Part shown: positions 19,861 to 27,906 of the stretch, piece by piece
Layout: each line of letters begins with the position of its first letter
Position numbering within the stretch: the first letter of the stretch is position 1
Assembly (NCBI GenBank): GCA_019058015.1
Contig: JAHLWH010000217.1
Coordinates: 1 to 27,906, forward strand
Reading direction: 5' to 3'
DNA: 27,906 nucleotides
Source of the DNA: Promethearchaeota archaeon
GTDB lineage: Archaea; Asgardarchaeota; Lokiarchaeia; Sigyniarchaeales; SOKP01
Position numbers and translations under genes: made by a program
The notes under the pieces: model-generated
Seen by the model: the letters and a program-made list of their open reading frames with translations, nothing else
The model's database searches: none
What the model was told of the DNA's origin: nothing

Positions 19861-20058
19861 TATGAGATTTAAGAATATAATATTATTGCCAAAAATTTCT
19901 AAAATTTTGATTATTTATTGTCAATAATTATTAAGTGCATTGCCAAGATTATTTAAAATACACATTAAGAATTTAATAAATTTTTTTTAATTTAAAATTT
20001 TTTAAATTAACGCTCTCTATTCTTTTAAATTTAAAATAGTTTTATGTTAAAATAATCA

Positions 20059-21324
20059 ATGATAGAACAAGGTATGATTAAAAAGAATCATTCAAAAGGC
20101 TACTCCAAACAAGAAAGATCAATTGGCACAACCAAAGAACGGTGCTTAACTGATGATTTAACCAAAATTGCTAAAGAATTTTCAAGTATTGAGAAGACTA
20201 AGCAATCTTTTGCGCAACTTATTCGAAATCAACTACCAAATCTTGATTTTTCTGAATACATAACATTTTACAGTTATCGTATTAAAGAGATGTCCTTGGT
20301 AAAACCAGTGAAACCCACAAGTATTAAGGGGTTAAGGATTGCAGCAGTTGATGGAAGTCTTGTTACAAAAAAATTCCAGGGGATTGATTTAATCTTCTTG
20401 AAATCTATCGTGGTAAAATATTTCTTTACAAGTCAACATTCTGCAGAAATAAAATATTATCCTGATGTTAGCGGCTATAATAATTATTCTATTCAAACTA
20501 ATTATTTCAATATTAATGAAAATGGCATTGATCTAACTGGGTCTTTAGAGCAAACTTTCATGGAAATAAATCAATTAAATTCTATCCTAAAAAATAATGA
20601 TGAATATATTGATTTAATAATTTTGGACGGTTCAATCCTTGTTACTCCTATCAATTTATTATTTTCGAAAAATTATGAAATTTCTAAAAGATATGACCGA
20701 GTTCTTAGAGAATATAGAAACCTCTATAAAAAATGTCAAGAGAGAGGTATCACATTAGTCGGCTCAATTAAAGATACTCGAACGGCAGCTTTAACTAATA
20801 CACTTACTCAAACTATCCAAATGTTAATTTCTGGAAAAAAAATACTTCATGAGTTCTTAAAAATTAATTATCGTGAAATAATGAATTATTTTTCAGATTA
20901 TGATCTCTTTTCGAGAGTATTAAATGTAGGAGAAAGAAGTTGTGCTTTTAGGTGTAATACTGATATTGATAAGATAAGACATACTAATATTAAGAAGAAT
21001 ATCCCAAATTACTTTCCTGTAGATTTTTTTGCATTTTACTTAAAAAATGTCCCTTATGATAACCCATTAAGAATAGAATTTTTTTTAGATGAGACCCATA
21101 ATATTAAAGATATTTCGAAAAAAGCAGATTTAATTGCATCCATAATATACCCGCTTTCAAATCTTAATAAAAATTATGGAATTCCGATCCCTCAAATAGA
21201 ATCTCACCAAAGGTCTGTCTTTAAATCTAATGAGATAAATTTAATCTTTAATTCATTAAAAACACTCTTACACAAATATGGTATCTCTTTTTTTGAAAAA
21301 AGAAGAAATCGACGACCATTTTAA
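20059..21324 (+). CDS. nurA: NurA-family 5'-3' nuclease
   Basis: IAAVDGS, IILDGSI, VGSIKD, LRIEF, YGIPIPQIESH motifs. Confidence 0.88.
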   Translation: MIEQGMIKKNHSKGYSKQERSIGTTKERCLTDDLTKIAKEFSSIEKTKQSFAQLIRNQLPNLDFSEYITFYSYRIKEMSLVKPVKPTSIKGLRIAAVDGSLVTKKFQGIDLIFLKSIVVKYFFTSQHSAEIKYYPDVSGYNNYSIQTNYFNINENGIDLTGSLEQTFMEINQLNSILKNNDEYIDLIILDGSILVTPINLLFSKNYEISKRYDRVLREYRNLYKKCQERGITLVGSIKDTRTAALTNTLTQTIQMLISGKKILHEFLKINYREIMNYFSDYDLFSRVLNVGERSCAFRCNTDIDKIRHTNIKKNIPNYFPVDFFAFYLKNVPYDNPLRIEFFLDETHNIKDISKKADLIASIIYPLSNLNKNYGIPIPQIESHQRSVFKSNEINLIFNSLKTLLHKYGISFFEKRRNRRPF

Positions 21325-21326
21325 AA

Positions 21327-22004
21327 TTAAACTCTTGTAATACGATGTAAAATAATATCTTCAAAAAAAAAATGAATTTTTATTAAAATTTTTAGTTCAA
21401 ACCCCAATTTTTCTATTTTTGCATAAAGTTCATCAAGAGGTGAATTACTTGAAAATAAGAAATATATATAAGGTTTTTCTATAGGAGATAAAAATTCTAT
21501 AGATTGAACTAAAAATTTCTCAAAAGTTTCTGTCCCACTTTTTCCCCCCATCCAGCTATAAAAAATTTTTTTTTTATTTGTTGTTTTAAAAATTAACTCG
21601 GAAGGTAAGTAAGGAGGGTTGAAAAAAATAATATTAAATTTATGTTTTAATGAAATAGGAAAATTATTAAAAAGATTAGAGTGGATAAAGACAATTTGTT
21701 TCTCTAAACCATTTTTTTTGGCATTTTTTTTCGATAGTTTAATTGCATCTAAGAGGATATCAGAGGCGTAAATCTTAATATTCAAACCTAAATTGGATTT
21801 AAAATATTTTGCAAAAAAAATGGCAATTATTCCTGTACCTGTGCCCATATCGAGTATATATGATATTTTATTTAATTTTATTCCATCAATATTATCTTTA
21901 TTAATAAATTGCTTGAAATATTTCAAAAATAAGTAAGTATCATCTAAAGGTTTATATACATTTTTATTAAAATCTAAGTTTAATTCCTTAGATATGTCAT
22001 CCAA
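21327..22004 (-). CDS. HemK2/PrmC (Mtq2-like) SAM-dependent glutamine methyltransferase
   Basis: VYKPLDDTYL, LDMGTGTG, FNPPYLP, FFFEDI; canonical position after ksgA. Confidence 0.9.
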   Translation of the reverse strand: MDDISKELNLDFNKNVYKPLDDTYLFLKYFKQFINKDNIDGIKLNKISYILDMGTGTGIIAIFFAKYFKSNLGLNIKIYASDILLDAIKLSKKNAKKNGLEKQIVFIHSNLFNNFPISLKHKFNIIFFNPPYLPSELIFKTTNKKKIFYSWMGGKSGTETFEKFLVQSIEFLSPIEKPYIYFLFSSNSPLDELYAKIEKLGFELKILIKIHFFFEDIILHRITRV

Positions 22005-22029
22005 AGAAATTGTATTGGAATTATCCTTT

Positions 22030-22923
22030 CTAATCCTTATCCCACAACTCTTTTAACTTAATTAATTTTGCAATTTTTAGGAGGTCATCTTTCGAAAATG
22101 CTCTAACTTTTTTCTCTTTCTGATTACCTTCTAATAGATTATATATTTCATTTCTTCCAACCTTAAAAATCCTAAGATATAAATATAAAGCTTTTGAAAT
22201 ATTTTTATTCTTATATGGAAAAATCCCTCTTAATAAATCTAAATATATTTTTCTATTATTCTTATCTTTTAAAAAAATATCAATCTTGTGATGAGGTATA
22301 AGTTTAATCATAGATAATTTTATTTTTGGAACAGGATAAAAACAATGTGGTGGAACTTCTTTAATTATTGTAGGTTTTACAAACGTATTCACGGATACAC
22401 TCAAACGGCTATAATTTTTATCATTTGGTTTCGCAACTATTCTCTTAGATAAACTTTCTTCAATAATCATATATGCTTCAGGAATTTCTTCCATCATAAG
22501 AATTTTTGAAATAATAGGTCCTGTCATTGTATATGGAATATTTGAAACAACTTTATTATAAAAAGGAATTTTAATTTTTAAAAAATCTCCATGAATTAAA
22601 TTTAAATTCTCCTTGTTTGAAACAAATTTCTTCAAGAAGTTATAAAGTTTGAAATCATATTCAACTGCATGTACTTTTTTTGCATTTTGAATTAAAATAA
22701 ATGTTAGTCCTCCTAGTCCAGCCCCTATTTCTAAAATCTCATCATGATTTTTTGATAATTTTGCCTCTAAAATTAATCGATTTGCAGTATTTTTATCTGT
22801 TAAAAAGTTTTGTCCTAATCTCTTTTTTGGAATAAGATTTAATCTCTTTAAAATCATTTCAGGTTTAAATGGATCCCAATTTGAATTTTCTTGATTTAAA
22901 TTCGACATTTTTTGTATTGCCAT
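22030..22923 (-). CDS. rsmA: 16S rRNA adenine dimethyltransferase KsgA/Dim1
   Basis: LGQNFL, LEIGAGLGGLT, VSNIPY, YSRLSV, FYPVPK. Confidence 0.95.
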   Translation of the reverse strand: MAIQKMSNLNQENSNWDPFKPEMILKRLNLIPKKRLGQNFLTDKNTANRLILEAKLSKNHDEILEIGAGLGGLTFILIQNAKKVHAVEYDFKLYNFLKKFVSNKENLNLIHGDFLKIKIPFYNKVVSNIPYTMTGPIISKILMMEEIPEAYMIIEESLSKRIVAKPNDKNYSRLSVSVNTFVKPTIIKEVPPHCFYPVPKIKLSMIKLIPHHKIDIFLKDKNNRKIYLDLLRGIFPYKNKNISKALYLYLRIFKVGRNEIYNLLEGNQKEKKVRAFSKDDLLKIAKLIKLKELWDKD

Positions 22924-23015
22924 TTCAGAGAAGCTTTTAGTAAAAACAGAATAATGATTATAAGTGAGAATTTTACAGATTATTTTTTTTTTATAATAAA
23001 ATGAAAATAAATTTT

Positions 23016-23744
23016 TTATTTCTGAAATTTTTCACGTCTTAATTGAGAACGACGTCTTTCATATCTTGGTGAGAATTGCCTTCTAGAATCAGTTCTAACT
23101 TGTTCATATCGTTGGGTTTTTGAGAATATATAATATTTTACATCTCGACTTAATTCTTTAATAATTAATTTTACCAAAAGATGAACTGGGTCTGAGATAC
23201 TTGTTCTTTGAGACATATCTTTGAAAGATTCAAATTTCTTTATATTTCTTAATTTAATTATCTCCCACATTAATTTATTCCCTATTCCTGGAATTAATTG
23301 AAGTTGGTGCAGTCTTGGTGTTATTGAAACCGAATTATTAAAAAAATATAAAAATTCTTCTGCTTTTTCTTTAATTCTTTCTTCTAGAACCGAATGCAAT
23401 AAAGCTTTAGATGTGGGAGTTAAATCATTATGATCAATTTTTTTTGTTACTTTTCCTAATTTATGAGATTCTCTGAAATCTCCGTAAATCCCTCTGTCTT
23501 GAACTTTTAAATCCGAATCTCTAATATATTCTACTTCATAAAGAACGAAATCTTCGAGACTTATTAATTGAACAATGGGTCTCTGTTTATGCATTGGCAC
23601 ATCATTTGAGAAGTGGCCATGCAAAAGAATATCAAGGATTTGAATAACTCTATCTTTCTTTATAAATTGACTTTTCCCTTTTTCTCTCCCTCTAGGAGAT
23701 TTATCTCTTCTATTTTTTGAATACCCTAAATCCCTATTACTCAA
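23016..23744 (-). CDS. DUF655 (COG1491) putative RNA-binding protein with Arg/Ser-rich terminal extensions
   Basis: ILDILLHG, FFNNSVSITPRLHQLQLIPGIG, KYYIF; canonical position between rpo4 and ksgA. Confidence 0.88.
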   Translation of the reverse strand: MSNRDLGYSKNRRDKSPRGREKGKSQFIKKDRVIQILDILLHGHFSNDVPMHKQRPIVQLISLEDFVLYEVEYIRDSDLKVQDRGIYGDFRESHKLGKVTKKIDHNDLTPTSKALLHSVLEERIKEKAEEFLYFFNNSVSITPRLHQLQLIPGIGNKLMWEIIKLRNIKKFESFKDMSQRTSISDPVHLLVKLIIKELSRDVKYYIFSKTQRYEQVRTDSRRQFSPRYERRRSQLRREKFQK

Positions 23745-23921
23745 TATAAATCAACTTAACGCTTAGAAAATTTCGCCTATATTAGTTTATCAGGAAATAT
23801 TTTTTAAAATTTCTTTAAGTTATGATTCATTCATTTTACAATAATTTTCTATAAACTATTTAAATATTTAAATCTTAATTTGGAAAGATTTGAAATAATA
23901 GAATTAGAATGCATTAAGACA

Positions 23922-24287
23922 TTATTTTGCTTTAATTTCATTTATTTTATATAAAATTTCTTGCAATTTATCTGAATCAAAATTTTTCCCTTCTGAACTT
24001 TTTTCGAAGATAGTTTTTAATTCCGGGACGGTCTGCGGATTTATATTTGCTACATTCACAGCAAAAACACGTTCAAGATTATAATCCTCCGAAAGCATTT
24101 TTATTATCTCTAAAGCTTGCTTCTCAGAAAATTTAGAAAATTTTGAAACATATTCTAATGTTATTTGCTGGAAATGAGAGATCTCTTCCGTTGTTCCTGA
24201 ATCAATAACTGTTTTTTTGAATTTTTCCATTAATTCTTTAACTTCCGGAATTGATAGAATTTTTTCATCTATTAATTTTCGACTAAT
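23922..24287 (-). CDS. rpo4: RNA polymerase subunit Rpo4 (RpoF/Rpb4); extended to putative ATT start
   Basis: SRKLIDEKILSIPEVKELM N-terminal motif, LEYVSKFSK, VANINPQTVPELKTIF; position after rpl21e. Confidence 0.9.
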   Translation of the reverse strand: MSRKLIDEKILSIPEVKELMEKFKKTVIDSGTTEEISHFQQITLEYVSKFSKFSEKQALEIIKMLSEDYNLERVFAVNVANINPQTVPELKTIFEKSSEGKNFDSDKLQEILYKINEIKAK

Positions 24288-24341
24288 TTTTAATACCCCT
24301 TTAAGATTACTAATTATGGATAAATTACGGTTTCACTCAAT

Positions 24342-24647
24342 TTAAGATAGAGCTCCGGTGCTAAGACGTAAATGTTCTTTGCCAACAATAATCATTTTTT
24401 TAGCATTTCCAATTTTTAGCTGAATCTCGTAACACCGACCACGTATCCCAATAACTGTTCCTGTTTTCCCATGAAATCGTCGATGTGGCATACCCCGTTT
24501 ATGGGCACCAGAATTTGTTATAATATCAACTTTATTTCCAATTTCAAAATCAATTAGATATTTTTCTATTGAGCCTAATCCCCGTTTTCTCACATTCTTT
24601 CTATGAAGCCTTCGAGTTTTATTTCTATATCCTTTATGTAATGTCAT
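24342..24647 (-). CDS. rpl21e: 50S ribosomal protein eL21
   Basis: KGYRNKTR, GMPHRRFHGKTGTVIG, EHLR. Confidence 0.97.
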   Translation of the reverse strand: MTLHKGYRNKTRRLHRKNVRKRGLGSIEKYLIDFEIGNKVDIITNSGAHKRGMPHRRFHGKTGTVIGIRGRCYEIQLKIGNAKKMIIVGKEHLRLSTGALS

Positions 24648-24783
24648 AATACGGCTTTTGATTAATATACAAATTCAAAATTCAAAAATCTAATTTGATA
24701 TTTTAATAAAATTAAGATTATTTATTTATTTTACTCATTCATTTTCTATAAATTTTAATTATTTTTATCTATTAGTTTAAAAT

Positions 24784-26040
24784 ATGCTATTAGATATTTT
24801 AGAAGAAGAAATAAAGGAAAAAATAACAATTGAAAATATTTTTAGGATCTTCAATAATTTTATTATTCCTCTCATTACAAAAGAAGAACAGGAATTTCTT
24901 GTAGAATTGGAAGACTTTTTGATAAGAGAAGTAGAGCCTAAGATAGATCTTAGCAAAGACGTCTATGAACTATTTCCAATTTTAGGAAAAGGAAATTATA
25001 TTCAAAGATTAAATCCATATGGGAATGATGACCACCAAAAATTTGGCATGCGATATGAAATGCTTCTAGCTATGGCAACTTCAATTGTTGATCCAGAACT
25101 GGACTTAGCGAGAGTAGTATCAGGTGTTATTTTTGCAAATCCATTATTCCAACATGGAAAGGGAGACCATAATTCTGAAATTATAGACCAAATTATGTCC
25201 GGAAAGAAGATTGGGGCTATATGTATAACTGAAAGGCTTCACGGGTCCGATGCGGTAAATATGGAAACTCAAGTAATAGAAGAAACGGATCATTTATTAA
25301 TTAACGGAGAAAAATTATATACTACAAATGGACCTGTAGCTGATTATTTTATTGTATATGGAGTTTCAGAACCCTCCGATCCCCGAGGCTCAATGTATCA
25401 GGTAATTGCAGAACGCGGATTTGAAGGTCTAGAAACCCACAGAATCGCCGTTCAATCGATTCCAAGGGTTCAAATCGGTCAAATACTTTTCAATTCAGTT
25501 AAAATACCTAAAAGAAATATAATTGGACCAAAAGGATATGGATATAAAAATTTATTCTCTGGATTAGTTGCAGAACGAGATGCAATCATCGGCTCAAGCC
25601 TGGGAATAAGTTGGTTAACTTCAATCACTGCACTTATTTATACAAATTTTCGGAAACAGTTTGGAAGACCCATATATGATTTTCAAGGAGTTAGTTTTCC
25701 AATTACCCAATCATTTACGGAATTAATGGCTGCCACTGAATTTGGAATTAGAAGCGCTACTGTATATAAAAAAATGTTAAAATATTTTGATGAACAAAAG
25801 TTTATTAAATATAGCGCTGCATTTAGTTCAGGAACAAAATTTCTTGCATCTAATTTAGCTCAAAAAATTTCTTATGAAGCCCAACAACTATGTGGTGGGA
25901 TTGCCTTTACGGATAATCTCAGAATAGATAAAGCTCTTGAAGTAAGTAAAGTACAAGAAATAATTGGAGGAGCAAGGAATATTCAACTACATTTGGTCAG
26001 CAGAGCAATCAGAGATATGGTCAAGAGGTTAGTATTTTAA
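24784..26040 (+). CDS. Acyl-CoA dehydrogenase
   Basis: CITERLHGSDA, NGEKLYTTNG, RKQFGRPI..FQGV, AQQLCGGIAF, IIGGARNIQ. Confidence 0.92.
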   Translation: MLLDILEEEIKEKITIENIFRIFNNFIIPLITKEEQEFLVELEDFLIREVEPKIDLSKDVYELFPILGKGNYIQRLNPYGNDDHQKFGMRYEMLLAMATSIVDPELDLARVVSGVIFANPLFQHGKGDHNSEIIDQIMSGKKIGAICITERLHGSDAVNMETQVIEETDHLLINGEKLYTTNGPVADYFIVYGVSEPSDPRGSMYQVIAERGFEGLETHRIAVQSIPRVQIGQILFNSVKIPKRNIIGPKGYGYKNLFSGLVAERDAIIGSSLGISWLTSITALIYTNFRKQFGRPIYDFQGVSFPITQSFTELMAATEFGIRSATVYKKMLKYFDEQKFIKYSAAFSSGTKFLASNLAQKISYEAQQLCGGIAFTDNLRIDKALEVSKVQEIIGGARNIQLHLVSRAIRDMVKRLVF

Positions 26041-26241
26041 AGATTTTTTTGCCTTTATTTATCTCTCAGAATAATTAAATTGTATTTCTTTCGATTTTTA
26101 ATTTAAAGTCATATGTTTCCGTTAAATGTGCTTTATTAAAAAAACTGCAATCCAGTAAAATGGAATCAAGCACAATTCGATAAATATAGATATAATAAAA
26201 GGAGCTGTTAGAGATATATCACCCTCTTGTTTATTGAAAAA

Positions 26242-26286
26242 TCTTATTGCAAAGACTTCTCTTTGAAATTCTTATTGCAAGACTTC
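26242..26286. repeat. Two-copy direct repeat TCTTATTGCAA(A)GACTTC, period 28
   Basis: Copies start at 26242 and 26270. Confidence 0.6.
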
Positions 26287-26340
26287 ACTCTATTGATACA
26301 GAATTAGTAGAACAAGATAAATCCATAAAGAAAGCAGAGA

Positions 26341-27801
26341 TTAAAACTTTATTTGATTATCATTATCATCTTCACCATCATCATCATTGTTCGATTCTTT
26401 ATTTCTTTCCTTATCTTCATTATAAATAAATCGATCAAGAGGCTTTTCGGCTTTTATATTCTTTATGTATTCACTGATGTCCCTCTTTATATATCCTTTT
26501 TCTTTAAGGTCCTTTATTAACTCATCTGTACCATTCAGAGTTTGATTGTCATTCTCAAGAATATCTTTAAGGGCGTCTAGGTCACCCTTTCTATTTAATT
26601 CGATTATTTCATCGAATCTCTCTTTATAAATTCCTTTTATTTTCATTAGCTCGGCGAAATATTTGTTGCTAATAATTATTATATTCTCTGGATACCTGAT
26701 TCTTTTATCATTTGGAAGTTCTTTAGTAAGCTCGTCCCAAAATCTATACCACTTTGTCCCGACAATAAAGGTAAGAATCTCGGGATGCTGATACTTTAAG
26801 ATTTTATCCAAAATATTCTTTTTTTCCAACAAATTTGTAAAATCGAATTGGACAAATTTTATCCGATCTAATTTTTTTAATAAATTCTCCAATTTGGGGA
26901 TTAATAAATTTCTATCTTTTAAATCTTTTAAAAGTCTTTGGAGGAATTTTGTATCATTATAAAATAACAAATCGGCACGTTTTTCACTTAGAGGCAGATA
27001 TATCCTCGGTTCCGAATAAATTTTTGGAACATCCGAAGAACTTTCTCTTCTCTTATCAAAATCTTCAGTAACTAAACTATAAATATTTTTATGAGTTTTA
27101 TTTCCTATTTCATATTTTCCATCTTGAAGAAACCTTTTTGCATATTCTTCTGGCGTTAAAATCTCTTTAGCTATCGTCCAAATCGTAGTAATGCCCACAG
27201 CATGTTTTTTTGAAATATCAATTTGTGATCCCGAATTTGGATCCTTAATATCGGCTTTTATCTTTTCTCTTACATCTTTTGGTATCTTCGGTGGAGGGGG
27301 AAACCTCTTTTCATATATTTCTGGCGTTAAAGCCTTTTTAGCTATTGCTGCAATCCCACCACTGGATACACCATGTTTTTTTGCGAGATCACCTTGCGAT
27401 CCCGAATTTGGATCCTTAATGTCAGCTATTATATTTTCTTTTATATCTTCTGGTATCTTCGGAGGAGGGGGAAACCTCTTTTCACGTTCTTCCAGCGTTA
27501 AAACCTTTTTAACTATCCTTCCAACTAAGGATTTGTTTACACCATGTTTTTTTGCGATTGCAGGTTGCGTTCCCGAATTTGGATTTTTGATGTCGGCTAT
27601 TATCTTCTTTCTTACCTTTTTTGGTATTTTCGGTGGTGGAGGAAACCTCTTTGCATAATCTTCTGGCGTTAAAGTCTTTTTAGCTATCGTCCAAATCGTA
27701 TTAATGCCCACAGCATGTTTTTTTGAAATATCACCTTGCGATCCTGAATTTGGGTCCTTGATGTCGGCTATTATCTTTTCTCTTTCATCTTTTGATATCA
27801 T
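26341..27801 (-). CDS. Tandem HTH-repeat protein with C-terminal putative PD-(D/E)xK-like nuclease domain and acidic tail
   Basis: Four 57-aa repeats, then EIGNKTH..SEPRIY..KRADLLF..VQFDFT..KILKYQ. The frame is open upstream to 27885 with a further half repeat. Confidence 0.8.
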   Translation of the reverse strand: MISKDEREKIIADIKDPNSGSQGDISKKHAVGINTIWTIAKKTLTPEDYAKRFPPPPKIPKKVRKKIIADIKNPNSGTQPAIAKKHGVNKSLVGRIVKKVLTLEEREKRFPPPPKIPEDIKENIIADIKDPNSGSQGDLAKKHGVSSGGIAAIAKKALTPEIYEKRFPPPPKIPKDVREKIKADIKDPNSGSQIDISKKHAVGITTIWTIAKEILTPEEYAKRFLQDGKYEIGNKTHKNIYSLVTEDFDKRRESSSDVPKIYSEPRIYLPLSEKRADLLFYNDTKFLQRLLKDLKDRNLLIPKLENLLKKLDRIKFVQFDFTNLLEKKNILDKILKYQHPEILTFIVGTKWYRFWDELTKELPNDKRIRYPENIIIISNKYFAELMKIKGIYKERFDEIIELNRKGDLDALKDILENDNQTLNGTDELIKDLKEKGYIKRDISEYIKNIKAEKPLDRFIYNEDKERNKESNNDDDGEDDNDNQIKF

Positions 27802-27885
27802 CGGTAGTGGAGGAAACCTCTTATTCTTTTCTTCAGGCCTTAAAACCTTTTTAGATATCCTAACAATAGTTTTATATGTATAAAC
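27130..27885 (-). repeat. Coding tandem repeat, 171-bp unit, 4 copies plus one partial copy
   Basis: Anchor AAACCT recurs at 27130, 27301, 27472, 27643 and 27814 (exact 171-nt spacing). Confidence 0.95.
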
Positions 27886-27906
27886 TTATATTATTTTGTT
27901 ATAAAT

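Noticed and set aside
26120-26270. Minus-strand hydrophobic peptide ...APFIISIFIELCLIPFYWIAVFLIKHI*
   Set aside because: No canonical start and short; hydrophobic reads are common in AT-rich DNA.
26215-26300. Degenerate CRISPR array (ATTGCAA/ATTGAAA ends)
   Set aside because: Only two short copies at 28-nt period, no room for spacers, and no cas genes in the window.
26247-26429. 60-aa His-rich ORF
   Set aside because: The His run is the antisense of the Asp-rich (GAT) tail of the minus-strand gene.
27191-27658. 155-aa plus-strand ORF with GGGG repeats
   Set aside because: Antisense shadow of the repeat gene (poly-Pro codons read as poly-Gly).

Overview
AT-rich archaeal chromosomal window, most likely Asgard (Lokiarchaeia-like). 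This is inferred from archaeal-type information genes plus a Rab-like small GTPase. Left end: rpl11-rpl1-rpl10(P0)-rpl12(P1) operon, a Rab-like GTPase and CPBP/Abi protease, and a TBP/RpoM-N/YkgJ cluster. Middle (about 6.6-16.2 kb): an accessory, partly decaying block with an Lrp/AsnC pseudogene, a bacterial-type GT4-GH/GT4/GH130/GT4 operon, an HhH-like protein, a NUDIX hydrolase and a disabled NAD-dependent ligase. Next come aIF1(SUI1), TFB, a membrane protein, a probable gene relic, a solo NurA, the conserved rpl21e-rpo4-DUF655-ksgA-hemK cluster and an acyl-CoA dehydrogenase. Two signals stand out. (1) The last gene has 171-bp tandem HTH repeats that vary mainly in the recognition helix, fused to a PD-(D/E)xK-like domain, suggesting a modular TALE/ZF-like DNA reader-nuclease. 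(2) rpo4, and probably aIF1 and GH130, appear to initiate at AUU/AUA codons. No rRNA, tRNA or CRISPR array was recognised. All family calls come from motif recognition by eye, with no database searches.
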